Source: a virus (lineage: Duplodnaviria; Caudoviricetes). Taken from it: a stretch of 64,000 nt of DNA. The stretch lies in the IMG/VR virus record IMGVR_UViG_3300033074_001257, positions 1 to 64,000 of that record. One strand, 5' to 3'. The notes under the pieces were generated by a model. That model did not search any database. It had not been told where the DNA came from and was given only the letters and a program-made list of their open reading frames with translations. The translations under genes and the position numbers were made by a program. Below, one piece after another: positions 16,012 through 25,814 of the stretch (position 1 is the first letter of the stretch; the number at the start of each line of letters is the position of its first letter).

Positions 16012-17901
16012 ATGTCAGGTTATAAGACGCACATCAAGAGCTTAAAACCCGTTTGCTTTCTGACGTTTGACGACGACCATTCGTTTAACCGAGCAACGGG
16101 TGTCTTGACGAGCGAACATATTTTTGATGAGTCACTCAACAACAATTACGGCATCGTCGAGTGTGATGCGCTTAGCCCACAGACGCGATCTTACATGATG
16201 GGCGTCCAGTCCCTAGTTTCACGTGAAGTCTCCGCGCGACAATATTCATTCATGTTTGCCTACAACAGTTACAACGCGGCAGCCAACTTCCCGTATGTGA
16301 AAACATTGATTGAGGTACTGCACAGCGCATCGCTCAACATCAAAACAGACTTCAGCGTTTCGTTCTTATTCAAACTTGAGCGACCGCCCTACCAAGACAG
16401 CCTGGCGCAACTGCTTTGGGATCCATCAACTGAAAAATACTACGTCCCCACCTACGGCATCGACAGCCGCACTTACAGGCGCACACTTTTTCGCAAGGGC
16501 AACACCGTTCAATTGGTCCTCGTCTACACAGCATTTGATCGCTACTTTGAACTGTCACTTCCAGGCTTCGTAGGGCAGTACGAGATTGAAAAGATCTGGG
16601 ACTTTTACGACGCCGTTCACCACGTCACGGTGACACAAAAGTCGGTGAAATTGTCGAACGGGCTGTATAAGACTGTCCGACGCCTGTACATCAACGGAAT
16701 GCTTTGCATTGACGACGTGAGCGACATCACCCACACCCCCTACAGTGCCGAGAACCCAAACTCAATTTTGATTGGCGGCAACAGAGACGCCTACGACATG
16801 TTGACGCTTGACGACAGGCAGACAGGACCACTCACCGTTGACCAGTTTGCTGTCTTTGACTACGCGCTAACTGAACGCCAAGTGGGCGACTGCTTCAAGA
16901 AAACGCTGCGGTACATCGATCACATCTTGCGTCAACAGCCGCACGTCTATCTTCCCCTCTCAGGCGACAAGAGTTTACCCAACAACCGAGCCTCGCTGTA
17001 TGTGAACGGTACGCTTGCAAACTCACAGAGCAACCTGGGCTCAGCCTACTACAGCACCAGTGAGATCAGTTTGGTTCAAAAGGACGTCAAAATTGACACG
17101 AGGGTGATGAGTGAGCAGGGCACATCATTCACCGGCGCCACACTCAAGATTGACGGCCCAAACGCAAACACGCCGCTGATTAACCCTGCCGGTGACTTTA
17201 CACTTGAATTTTGGTTTTCACTTAAAAACGAGAACCGCTGCATCCTGTTCACTGCTACCGAAAACAACCACCCTTACAGCGGCATCACGGTTGAATGCAA
17301 TCGCGCGGGCAACAGTGATTTTCGTGGGGGTTTGCAGGTTGTGTTCGCGGACGGTGATTATTTGACTTGTCCGCTGTATTCGGTGAACGGCGTTCAGATG
17401 CGCTACAACGACGGCGAGCTTCGACACTTTGCATTGGTCCGCAAAGGCGACGTCGCGACGATCTACATCGATGGACTTATGGTGGTTGAGAAGATCGTCG
17501 ACAGCGGCCCGCTCATTGACAGCTACGGCGTGGTCAACGTCATGGGTGCCAGCCCTTCAAACTTGACAACGACAGGCATCATGGCTCACCTTGCAGTGTA
17601 CAACCGCGCATTGAATGAAGGTGAGCTGTCCGCTAGAGCATTCTTCGATCAGCGCATGATGCTACAGGGTCGCGTCACCGTTCAAGGGCAGCCTGTGGTT
17701 GGGTGCGCGGTTCGTGTCTTTGATCACTACACGGCAGTCTTGTTGTCTGAGGTGTTGTGTGATCAAGATGGGTACTACAAAGTCAACACCTACTCAAACA
17801 ACTACCTTGACCTCGTGTACCTCCACACCTACGACACGTCGGTGACACAACGTGCGGTGGGCATGGTTCTGGCTGAGCGGTTCAACGACTTTGACGATTG
17901 A
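16012..17901 (+). CDS. Tandem LamG/ConA-like domain virion protein
   Basis: DFSVSFLF...LYING...VDQFAVFDYALT and DFTLEFWF...RHFALV...IYIDG...MAHLAVYNRAL; C-terminal beta-sandwich. Confidence 0.75.
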   Translation: MSGYKTHIKSLKPVCFLTFDDDHSFNRATGVLTSEHIFDESLNNNYGIVECDALSPQTRSYMMGVQSLVSREVSARQYSFMFAYNSYNAAANFPYVKTLIEVLHSASLNIKTDFSVSFLFKLERPPYQDSLAQLLWDPSTEKYYVPTYGIDSRTYRRTLFRKGNTVQLVLVYTAFDRYFELSLPGFVGQYEIEKIWDFYDAVHHVTVTQKSVKLSNGLYKTVRRLYINGMLCIDDVSDITHTPYSAENPNSILIGGNRDAYDMLTLDDRQTGPLTVDQFAVFDYALTERQVGDCFKKTLRYIDHILRQQPHVYLPLSGDKSLPNNRASLYVNGTLANSQSNLGSAYYSTSEISLVQKDVKIDTRVMSEQGTSFTGATLKIDGPNANTPLINPAGDFTLEFWFSLKNENRCILFTATENNHPYSGITVECNRAGNSDFRGGLQVVFADGDYLTCPLYSVNGVQMRYNDGELRHFALVRKGDVATIYIDGLMVVEKIVDSGPLIDSYGVVNVMGASPSNLTTTGIMAHLAVYNRALNEGELSARAFFDQRMMLQGRVTVQGQPVVGCAVRVFDHYTAVLLSEVLCDQDGYYKVNTYSNNYLDLVYLHTYDTSVTQRAVGMVLAERFNDFDD

Positions 17902-18223
17902 CTGTGGGCTTGTACTGCGGACAAGTTTGCTCAAGAACAACGTAAAGATTCGCGAGCAGCGGAAAGGGCGTCCAGCGTTTGCCCAAGAATGTGAAATAAG
18001 TGTTTACATACAGCATGTCGTCCAGCGACAATAAATGGTACATGGTTGACATGAGCATCAAGTCACCCATCTGGTTGTGCAGGGTGATCAATCGCGAAAT
18101 TAGCTTCGGGTGAACGTCGCTGTGGATGTCGCCGCGTAGGATTTCAATGTCGTTTTTCACATACGAAATCATACGAAAGATGGCGTCGATGTCTGTTGAC
18201 ATCCACAACCCCAAATTTTCCAT
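17882..18223 (-). CDS. Hypothetical protein
   Basis: ORF on the minus strand, coupled to the upstream minus-strand gene; start uncertain (18223 or 18250). Confidence 0.5.
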   Translation of the reverse strand: MENLGLWMSTDIDAIFRMISYVKNDIEILRGDIHSDVHPKLISRLITLHNQMGDLMLMSTMYHLLSLDDMLYVNTYFTFLGKRWTPFPLLANLYVVLEQTCPQYKPTVNRQSR

Positions 18224-18270
18224 GTGACATCTAAGGGCTTTTCGATCCACGACGTTCTCCGAATCTCAGT

Positions 18271-18678
18271 TCACTTACTGACCTTGCCTCGCTTTTTGGG
18301 TTCACTTGTGGGCTGGGGCACATCAACTTTGGCGTCAGCATCAACCACCACAGGGTCACTTTCGGTCCCAGCATCAACTACCACAGGGTCACTTTTGGCG
18401 TCAGCATCAACTACCGCAGGATCACCTTCGGTTCCAGCGTCGGCGTTAGCATCAACTACCACAGGGTCACCCTCGGTTCCAGCATCAACTACCGCGGGAT
18501 CACTTTTGGTTTCAACTTTGTGACCTTGGGCTACTTCTTCTGGCTTATCTTCGCCAACGCTGTTATCTTTTGCTGGGGGAATGTCAAGTCGAACTGCCTT
18601 CAGCAGCTCACCTGTCTTGGGATGCACATAACCTACAGGTGTTGCCACCGCGTTGACGTCTTGCAGCCACTTTTCCAT
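18271..18678 (-). CDS. Acidic repeat-containing protein
   Basis: Five imperfect (S/G)DP(A/V)VVDA repeats; basic C-terminus; SD ggag upstream. Confidence 0.7.
   Translation of the reverse strand: MEKWLQDVNAVATPVGYVHPKTGELLKAVRLDIPPAKDNSVGEDKPEEVAQGHKVETKSDPAVVDAGTEGDPVVVDANADAGTEGDPAVVDADAKSDPVVVDAGTESDPVVVDADAKVDVPQPTSEPKKRGKVSK
18328..18512. repeat. Imperfect tandem repeats (~33-45 bp units)
   Basis: Recurrent agcatcaactaccacagggtcac-type units. Confidence 0.85.
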
Positions 18679-18730
18679 TTGTTGCTCCTAGGTTGATGGA
18701 TTGTTTTGTTATTAATCCGAGGGAAGTTTT

Positions 18731-19801
18731 ATGTTTTCAGACGTTGCTTTTATTCGAATACTCGGCAGCCAACTTGAAGGGTTCACTTCAAACGGCGCCA
18801 CGACTTATAACTTCCGCTGCCCCATTTGCGGCGACAGCCAAAAGTCAAAAAGCAAGAAACGCGGATACATTTACGAGGACAGCGGTCGATACTATTTCAA
18901 GTGTTGGAACTGTAATGAGTCACTGTCTTTCAGAAACTTCCTGAAGCGAGTGAGCCCACCCCTCTACGACGATTACGTGAAAGAGACACTCACGCACAAC
19001 AGCGCACCCACGCAGCCGACGCGAAAAGTCACAGACGTAAAAGTGGACGCTGCCGGTGAGTTCAAGCGACGGGCAAACGACAAGATTCTAGACGTGTGTG
19101 AACCCGCCACCGGTGACCACGACGGCCACGGCTACCTGCTGGGGCGCGGCTTAAGCGATCAGCAGATGCGCGATCTGTATTTCGTAGACAACATCAACAA
19201 GATCACGAAGCAAGTTGAAAAGTACGCAGGTCGCGACTACAGCGACAACTTGTGTGCCGTTGTCCTGCCCTTCCGTGACGTTGATGGTGTGATCACACAC
19301 ATTCAACTTCGGATACTGAACGGCGGCGACAACTTTCGCTATCTGATTTTGGCTTTAGACGACAGCAAACCCAAGTTCTTTGGATTGGATAAGGCTAACT
19401 TCAAGCAAACCGTCTACATCACCGAAGGCGGCTTTGACAGCCTGTTCGTGCGCAACGGCATTTCGGTAAACCAAGGCGCTTTGACATCCTGTGTCAGTGA
19501 AATCAAAAAGCACACCGACGACTTCGTTCTCGTCTACGACATGGACTACCTGACGAACGCGCAAATTAACCGCGACTTGGTTAAGGCGATTGACTGTGGC
19601 TATCGGGTAGTCGTGTACGACAGAGCAACGCTGAACCGCACTGTGAACGGCAAGCGAGTGAAAGACTTGAACGACTTGTCAAACAGCGGAATAAGTGACG
19701 TCACGGCTTACTTGCAAAAGCGCACATTTCGCTCCATCCAAGCAAAGATTGAATTGTCACTGACCAGCCCCTTAAATAAAAACAAGACCAGAATGGTGTA
19801 A
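18731..19801 (+). CDS. gp61: DNA primase gp61
   Basis: Zn finger NFRCPICGDS...RGYIY...YFKCWNC; TOPRIM VYITEGGFDSLF; KDLND. Confidence 0.95.
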   Translation: MFSDVAFIRILGSQLEGFTSNGATTYNFRCPICGDSQKSKSKKRGYIYEDSGRYYFKCWNCNESLSFRNFLKRVSPPLYDDYVKETLTHNSAPTQPTRKVTDVKVDAAGEFKRRANDKILDVCEPATGDHDGHGYLLGRGLSDQQMRDLYFVDNINKITKQVEKYAGRDYSDNLCAVVLPFRDVDGVITHIQLRILNGGDNFRYLILALDDSKPKFFGLDKANFKQTVYITEGGFDSLFVRNGISVNQGALTSCVSEIKKHTDDFVLVYDMDYLTNAQINRDLVKAIDCGYRVVVYDRATLNRTVNGKRVKDLNDLSNSGISDVTAYLQKRTFRSIQAKIELSLTSPLNKNKTRMV

Positions 19802-19806
19802 AGATC

Positions 19807-20631
19807 ATGATTTTGTTTGACATGTCCGCACTCGCCTTTGAAGCGAAGTTCGCGGTGGGCAATGACATCGATATGCTGCGATCGTACATTTTGTTGAAGG
19901 TGTTGCACTTCAAACAAAAGTACCGCGAGTTCGGTGACCCAGTTCTCATCTACGACGCCGGCAATTACTGGCGCAACGACTTGTTCGAGCATTACAAGTG
20001 GAGTCGAAAGAACAAGCGCATGAGCGACAGCGAGCGCGAAGATTTCAAAGCGTTCTTTTCGCTGTACAGTCGTTTGATTGATGAGTTCAAAGAAAACCTA
20101 CCTTGTGTGAATTTGCGCATAGACCGCTGTGAAGCCGACGACATCATCGCAACGCTGTGCCACCACCGCAACGACGACAAGATGGTTTTGATTTCAGGCG
20201 ACAAGGACTACAAGCAACTGCACCCACTAATCAAAGTCCAGGAGTCGCCCCACTTCAAGCGCGGCATCATTGACTCAGATGGGTACGACTTGTTCCATCA
20301 CATTTGTCGCGGCGATGACAGCGACGGTATCCCAAACATCGTGAGTCCTGGTGACTGCTTTAAGAACTCAGTTCGCCAAAAGGCGCTACTGACGACCACC
20401 ATCAACGAATGGAAAAAGAACGAACACGACCCCCAGTCGTTTTGTGAGTCGCTGGACATGCTCGAACGATTCAACACGAACCGGCAGTTGATTGACTTGT
20501 CGCTGATCCCAGCTCACATCAAAGAAATCATTTTGCAAGCGTTCGACAATGCAGAAATTGCTCGGGGCAAGACCATGAACTACTTGATTACCCATCGCCT
20601 CAGCAAAGTCATCGAAATCGGAGGGTTTTAA
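19807..20631 (+). CDS. rnh: RNase H / 5'-3' flap exonuclease
   Basis: EADDIIATL, ISGDKDYKQL, GDDSDGIPNI motifs. Confidence 0.93.
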   Translation: MILFDMSALAFEAKFAVGNDIDMLRSYILLKVLHFKQKYREFGDPVLIYDAGNYWRNDLFEHYKWSRKNKRMSDSEREDFKAFFSLYSRLIDEFKENLPCVNLRIDRCEADDIIATLCHHRNDDKMVLISGDKDYKQLHPLIKVQESPHFKRGIIDSDGYDLFHHICRGDDSDGIPNIVSPGDCFKNSVRQKALLTTTINEWKKNEHDPQSFCESLDMLERFNTNRQLIDLSLIPAHIKEIILQAFDNAEIARGKTMNYLITHRLSKVIEIGGF

Positions 20632-20633
20632 CT

Positions 20634-20924
20634 GTGGCGTTTTACATCTGCAACAACTGCCAACATCCACAGGGCGCGGCTGTGACAACCGGGTACAGCG
20701 ATCGCTTCTTCACCGACGCGCCCTGCCCAAAGTGCAACCAGAAGCAAGTGACGCGAGATCACAGCAAAGACACGTTGCCTCAAGTGAACGGTGAAGCTGC
20801 CAGCCCAACCATTCGCAAGCACGACAACGAAGCGTACATTTCAAAAAACATGCACAATGACTTCAAGGATTTCTTGCGCAACATGAAAAAAGCTCACCGC
20901 GGCAGCAACATCAAAGAGTGGTGA
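20634..20924 (+). CDS. FmdB-like zinc-ribbon protein
   Basis: YICNNC...CPKC, plus a C-terminal F..FL..MKK.H.GS pattern common in T4-like phages. Confidence 0.7.
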   Translation: MAFYICNNCQHPQGAAVTTGYSDRFFTDAPCPKCNQKQVTRDHSKDTLPQVNGEAASPTIRKHDNEAYISKNMHNDFKDFLRNMKKAHRGSNIKEW

Positions 20925-20986
20925 TTTTTCTGATTTAAATAGAACTGTGATTACGCAACAGTCAACCAAAATTGGGAGTGATGTTC

Positions 20987-21271
20987 ATGATGAGTTTCAA
21001 GCGTTTTCTGGATGAACTTAAAGAGGGACGTGAGCCCGCCGATGGAAAAGCCATGGTTCGCGGCGACCCGACAGATGCGATCGTTGCCGGTGTTCCGGTG
21101 GACGAAATTGGTGCCAACGTAACCGATATCCCCGCCGACAGCTACCCAGACATCGCAGACAACATCAAAAGCGCGATCAGCGCGTCTGTGATTCTGATTG
21201 AAGGGTCGTCTAGCGTACTGCCGCCCGATGTGGCTAAGGTAGTTGAATCGCTGAAGGGGCTCATGAAGTAA
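20987..21271 (+). CDS. Hypothetical protein (possible internal head protein)
   Basis: MMSFKRFLDELKE N-terminus resembles T4-type capsid-targeted proteins; a TAAATA motif lies upstream. Confidence 0.5.
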   Translation: MMSFKRFLDELKEGREPADGKAMVRGDPTDAIVAGVPVDEIGANVTDIPADSYPDIADNIKSAISASVILIEGSSSVLPPDVAKVVESLKGLMK

Positions 21272-21460
21272 ATGTTCACGAACGAACTCAACAAAACCCT
21301 CTATGAGTCACACGGTAGGGGGTTTGGTCTTGTCGCAGAACAATTGCGCAAACTTCTAGCCAGCGAGAAGTCAAAGCTCACCGGCGACCAGTACCTCAAC
21401 TGTATTTCAATCATCGAGTTTCTGAATGAGGTTGATGGGTTGTTGAGTGAGAAGAAGTGA
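21272..21460 (+). CDS. Hypothetical protein
   Basis: 62-aa ORF coupled to the upstream gene. Confidence 0.5.
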   Translation: MFTNELNKTLYESHGRGFGLVAEQLRKLLASEKSKLTGDQYLNCISIIEFLNEVDGLLSEKK

Positions 21461-21467
21461 CGCAAAC

Positions 21468-21492
21468 GAGCCGCTACCACAGCGGCTTTTTT
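21468..21492 (+). terminator. Rho-independent terminator
   Basis: AGCCGCT-accac-AGCGGCT plus T tract. Confidence 0.7.
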
Positions 21493-21530
21493 GTGGCTGT
21501 AAAATATGAGAAAGCGCCAAGGTAGATCTC

Positions 21531-21878
21531 ATGTACGTCAAGAACGACCGATACCTCATTGAGACTGATGATGGGTATTGTCACTTTCGCGGAATGAAAA
21601 AAGACACCGCCCATCAAACGATTGACATTGCTTACACGGTGGGCGACGTGGTGGGCAGCATTGAATCAACTTGCGACCATAAGCACTACATCACAAAGAC
21701 CGACAGCATCCCCGCCGATCGCGTGGCTGTAGGCGATGTTTTGTACGGCGGTGCAAACACCCAAGGCGAAGTCAAAGTAACCGCTGTCGCGCTAAAAAGC
21801 GGCCTCGTCGACGTGTTTGACGTGGTTGACGTGTTCCCACGCCGATCGTTCATGGCCAACGGAATCAAGACATCAAAT
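21531..21878 (+). other. Split intein C-fragment IntC2
   Basis: YLIETDDGYCHFRG start, TxxH block B, ends S-N|C. Confidence 0.9.
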
Positions 21879-22985
21879 TGTGTCTACTTGGACGAATTTG
21901 CTTTCGTTGAGAACGCGGACGAATTTTACGCTAGCACTTACCCGACAATCTCAAGTTCTGACAAGACAAAACTAATCATCACGAGCACACCCAACGGCTT
22001 GAATCTGTTCTACAAGATCTTCAGTGAAGCTACCCGCGGACTGAATGCGTTCAAACCCTACCACATCAAGTGGCAAGAGCACCCGCGGCGCGATCCTGCA
22101 ATCAACCCCCAGTGGGAGATTGACACTCGCGCAAACATCGGCGCACAGCGATTTCGTGTTGAGTATGACTGTGAGTTCCTGGGCAGCTCAAGGACACTGA
22201 TAAGCGGTGAAGCACTGGCTAAGCTCACAGCCCAAAACCCGACCCGCACTGAGGGCGACGTCTACAGTGAGTTTGAAGCCCCACAAGAAGGTCGACGGTA
22301 TGTTCTGATCGTGGATTCAAGCAACGGAGTGGGCTTAGACTACACGGTTTGCAACGTCATCGACATCACCGAAACACCTTACAAGCAAGTGGCAATCTTC
22401 CGCGATGACAAAACCCCACCACAAGCGGCTGCCATCACGGTGGACCGTTTGTCGCGTCGCTACAATGAAGCACTGGTTGTGGTTGAGAACAATCACGCAA
22501 GCGGAGCACTGATCTTAGACACGCTGTGGTTCACATTCGAGAATGAGAACATCCTGTTCACGAACGTCAACCGCGGCGAGGCAGTTCTTGATGGGCAAGC
22601 ACGAAAACAGCAGATGGGTGTCACCACCACTACCAAAACGAAGAGCAAAGGCTGCTCGCGCCTAAAAGATCTCATTGAACACAATTTGCTGTTAATCAAC
22701 GACACGAACACCATTGACGAGCTGATGACCTTTTCACTTGTGAACGGTCGTTATCAAGCTGAGCGCGGCAAGCACGACGACACGTCCATGACACTGGTTC
22801 TGTTCGCTTGGCTCACGGGCGAGGACTACTTTGTCGATCTATATGGGGTGGACGTAAATAAGATTGTTCTTAAAGATTTGAGTGAAGTGAATTTTTTTGG
22901 ATTCGTCGATGACTACACAGGACGGTCGGTGAACACGTCTTACTTGCTGCCCGCCTTAAGTAATCGAACTGACTTGATTAAGTAA
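21531..22985 (+). CDS. gp17: Terminase large subunit, C-terminal fragment, preceded by a split-intein C-fragment (IntC2, 116 aa)
   Basis: Residues 1-116 are HINT-like (block B STCDH, block F VDVFDV, terminal TSN). They are followed by C+1 Cys of CVYLDEFAF (Walker B), IITSTPNG, and nuclease motifs VDSSNGVG.DYT, VENN, HDD. No Walker A. Confidence 0.93.
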   Translation: MYVKNDRYLIETDDGYCHFRGMKKDTAHQTIDIAYTVGDVVGSIESTCDHKHYITKTDSIPADRVAVGDVLYGGANTQGEVKVTAVALKSGLVDVFDVVDVFPRRSFMANGIKTSNCVYLDEFAFVENADEFYASTYPTISSSDKTKLIITSTPNGLNLFYKIFSEATRGLNAFKPYHIKWQEHPRRDPAINPQWEIDTRANIGAQRFRVEYDCEFLGSSRTLISGEALAKLTAQNPTRTEGDVYSEFEAPQEGRRYVLIVDSSNGVGLDYTVCNVIDITETPYKQVAIFRDDKTPPQAAAITVDRLSRRYNEALVVVENNHASGALILDTLWFTFENENILFTNVNRGEAVLDGQARKQQMGVTTTTKTKSKGCSRLKDLIEHNLLLINDTNTIDELMTFSLVNGRYQAERGKHDDTSMTLVLFAWLTGEDYFVDLYGVDVNKIVLKDLSEVNFFGFVDDYTGRSVNTSYLLPALSNRTDLIK

Positions 22986-23020
22986 TTTGCGAAAACAACC
23001 CAACGTGAGGGAGAATAAAA

Positions 23021-24757
23021 ATGGCTTTTGGCGTACTGACACAAGAAAAGGACTACCAAAGTTCCGTGGCGAGTCCTGAGGGCAGTGCCGGCGGTATCGC
23101 GGGAACTTTCACTTGGGGACCGATCGGCGTGCCCCGACTGATTTCATCTGTGAGTGAGCTTGAAAAATCCTTTGGCAAGCCCACCGACGCAAACTTCGCC
23201 GATTGGTTTAGCGCAAGCGACTTCCTGGCATCGTCGAATGCCCTGTACGTGGTTCGCGTATTGCACAGCGGCAGCAACGACGCGAACGCAACTTCAACGG
23301 GTGACTATGACGCTGAGCGCATGATCCGCAGCGACACCCACTTCAACGTCCTGCAAGCAACCGATGCACTTGACCAGGAGTTCTATGCACGTTACCCAGG
23401 TGAGCTGGGCAACAGTCTGCTGGTTAGCATCGCCGACCAAAGCAACTTCAGCACCTGGGCTTACCGGAACCTGTTTGACCGCGCGCCAAGCTCAACCAAC
23501 TACGCGAAGCAAGTGTTCACTAACGCTGGCTCAACCGAAACCCCAAACGACGAGCTGTGCATCGTGGTGGTTGATGCCCTGGGTGAAATCACCGGCGCAC
23601 CGGGTACGGTACTTGAAACATTCGCAAACCTCTCAAAATGCCTCGACGCCAAGAGCGACCTGGGCGTCAACAACTATTACGTCTCCACGCTGAACGCTCG
23701 CTCGTCTTACATCTATGCCGGCGTTCCGCTGGGCGGCACCCTGGTGTCGAACACAAACGGCGACAAAGCCGCGTGGGGCACAGCAGCCAAGGCCGGTGTT
23801 TCTTTCGCGCCCATCAACGCCCAGTACACAGTCACCCTGTCGGGCGGCGTTACCGATTCGATCGGCACCGCAAGCGATTATGCTGACGCTTACACTATTC
23901 TGTGTGGGCTTGAGGACAATCGCCTGAACATCATCATCGCCGGCGCTTGTGGTTCCGATGCGCACCGACTGACTGTTCTGCAAGCAATTGAAGCGGGCTG
24001 TCTGAAAAGCGAGAAGCGCGTGGCGTTCTGCTCACCGAAGATCAGTGACTTCCTGCACACCACGCCCGCTGAAATTGAACAAGCCATTCTGGACACTTGG
24101 ACCGCGACCACCACCAAAACAAACGTCATGTCGATGGACAACAACGCGAAACTGGTCTATGACAAGTACAACAGCGTATACCGCATTATCCCGTGCAACG
24201 CTTCTGTCGCAGGCGCATGGGCGCGAACTCACGCCAACTACGGCCCGTGGAAATCCGCTGCCGGTTATGTTCGCGGTAACCTGACGAACGTGGTCAAGCT
24301 CATGTACTCGCCTGACCGCCTCGCCATGGAAACCTTCCAGAAGAAAGGCATCAACAACATCATCACCGATGATGGCGCAGTGTACCTGATGGGCGACAAG
24401 ACGCTGCAACAGCGTGAAAGTCCCTTCACCTACCTGGGCGCTCGCTTCTTGACCATCTCAATCAAGAACCTGACTCGCGACTCAGCCAAATATACCCTGT
24501 TTGAATCAAACGACCAGCGCACCCGAAACAACTTCGTGAGCGGCGTCACTCCGCTGCTTGAAAACATTCAAACCCAGGGCGGCTTGCAAGCGTTTCGCGT
24601 AGTGTGTGACGGATCAAACAACGACGCTTACACAGTCTCAACCGGCGGCTTCGTGTGTGACATCGCATTCAAGCCCTACCAGTCCATTCAATGGATCATG
24701 CTGAAATACAGCGTCTTGGGTGCCAACGAGTCATTCGACGAAGTCCTGGGTAACTAA
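23021..24757 (+). CDS. gp18: Tail sheath protein gp18
   Basis: GIAGTFTWGP, FGKPTD, ARYPGELGNSL, PWKSAAG..RG, GDKT, FESND..TR. Confidence 0.95.
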   Translation: MAFGVLTQEKDYQSSVASPEGSAGGIAGTFTWGPIGVPRLISSVSELEKSFGKPTDANFADWFSASDFLASSNALYVVRVLHSGSNDANATSTGDYDAERMIRSDTHFNVLQATDALDQEFYARYPGELGNSLLVSIADQSNFSTWAYRNLFDRAPSSTNYAKQVFTNAGSTETPNDELCIVVVDALGEITGAPGTVLETFANLSKCLDAKSDLGVNNYYVSTLNARSSYIYAGVPLGGTLVSNTNGDKAAWGTAAKAGVSFAPINAQYTVTLSGGVTDSIGTASDYADAYTILCGLEDNRLNIIIAGACGSDAHRLTVLQAIEAGCLKSEKRVAFCSPKISDFLHTTPAEIEQAILDTWTATTTKTNVMSMDNNAKLVYDKYNSVYRIIPCNASVAGAWARTHANYGPWKSAAGYVRGNLTNVVKLMYSPDRLAMETFQKKGINNIITDDGAVYLMGDKTLQQRESPFTYLGARFLTISIKNLTRDSAKYTLFESNDQRTRNNFVSGVTPLLENIQTQGGLQAFRVVCDGSNNDAYTVSTGGFVCDIAFKPYQSIQWIMLKYSVLGANESFDEVLGN

Positions 24758-24776
24758 CAAAAAAGGAGGGCACTAA

Positions 24777-25415
24777 ATGTCCAACAATGCTGACGTAGGT
24801 AAATTCTTGAACCAGCTTTCAGGTGGAGGATTTCGCCCAAACCGCTATGAGGTGAATTTCACCTTTCCAAAGGCGATTGACGAAATCACCAAGTACACTC
24901 CAAATGAGCAGATTTATCCTGAAGGCGCCGACGCCACCCGAGCCAAGGCCAACAACATCACGAACCTGCAAGCCATCAAAGACCACGTCTCTTTCATGGC
25001 CAAGGGCACTAAAATTCCATCGATGCAAATCGGTGAGATTGAACTGCCGTACAAAGGTCGCAAGCTGAAAGTGAACGGCGACGTGACTCTGGATGATTGG
25101 GAAGTTACGCTGATCATGGATTCAAACGGCAAGTCACGCGGCTTGTTTGAATTCTGGATGGAAGCGATGCTGGGTGTTTACACAAACACGACTTCTCGTT
25201 CGCTCATGAACCCCGCGAACTACATGGGCACTGCCACAGTTCGGGCACTCGGTCGTGATGATGAGCTTGAAGCCATCTATGTCCTGTCAGACATCTATCC
25301 GAAAAACGTCGGTGAAATTGCCCTGGCGTGGGACAGCAACGATCAGGTCGCTGAAGTGAACGTGACTTTCGCAGTCAACAACGTCCGCAGCCGCTACACT
25401 AAGCCGCTGGCCTAA
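24777..25415 (+). CDS. gp19: Tail tube protein gp19
   Basis: GGFRPNRYEV, IPSMQIGEIELPYKGR.LKV.GD..LDDW, PKNVGEI.L.WDSND. Confidence 0.95.
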   Translation: MSNNADVGKFLNQLSGGGFRPNRYEVNFTFPKAIDEITKYTPNEQIYPEGADATRAKANNITNLQAIKDHVSFMAKGTKIPSMQIGEIELPYKGRKLKVNGDVTLDDWEVTLIMDSNGKSRGLFEFWMEAMLGVYTNTTSRSLMNPANYMGTATVRALGRDDELEAIYVLSDIYPKNVGEIALAWDSNDQVAEVNVTFAVNNVRSRYTKPLA

Positions 25416-25435
25416 TCGCGGGTTAAGTAACAAAC

Positions 25436-25460
25436 AAGCCTCGCAACAGCGGGGCTTTTT
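25436..25460 (+). terminator. Rho-independent terminator after gp19
   Basis: AAGCCTCGC-aaca-GCGGGGCTT plus T tract. Confidence 0.75.
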
Positions 25461-25475
25461 GTTGGGAGTCTATTC

Positions 25476-25814
25476 GTGCGCAAGTTTACAGAAATGCAGA
25501 TCGTTGACGATTACGAGGTTTTGACCGATAAAGGTTTCGTTGACGTGCAAGCTATCATGACAACTGTCCCCTATATCGTTCACGTGCTGGTGACAGACGC
25601 CGGTCACTTTTTGTACGCAGCAGACGATCACTTGTTGATTGACGCAAACGGCGACACTGTAGCAGTCAAAGACGCCTTGAACAAAACGATCAAGGTGAAC
25701 GGCGGCACCGCAACTGTCACACATGTAATTGAGACTGCCGAACGTGTGCCCATGTACGATTTGCAGATCGCTGCACCGCACACGTTCTACACGAACGAAA
25801 TCTTGAGCCACAAC
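25476..25814 (+). other. Split intein C-fragment IntC1
   Basis: YEVLTDKGF start, ADDH block B variant, MYDLQI block F, SHN|T terminus. Confidence 0.9.

Noticed and set aside
23021-25415. A homing endonuclease between the split terL halves, as in classic fractured genes
   Set aside because: The intervening genes are ordinary gp18 and gp19
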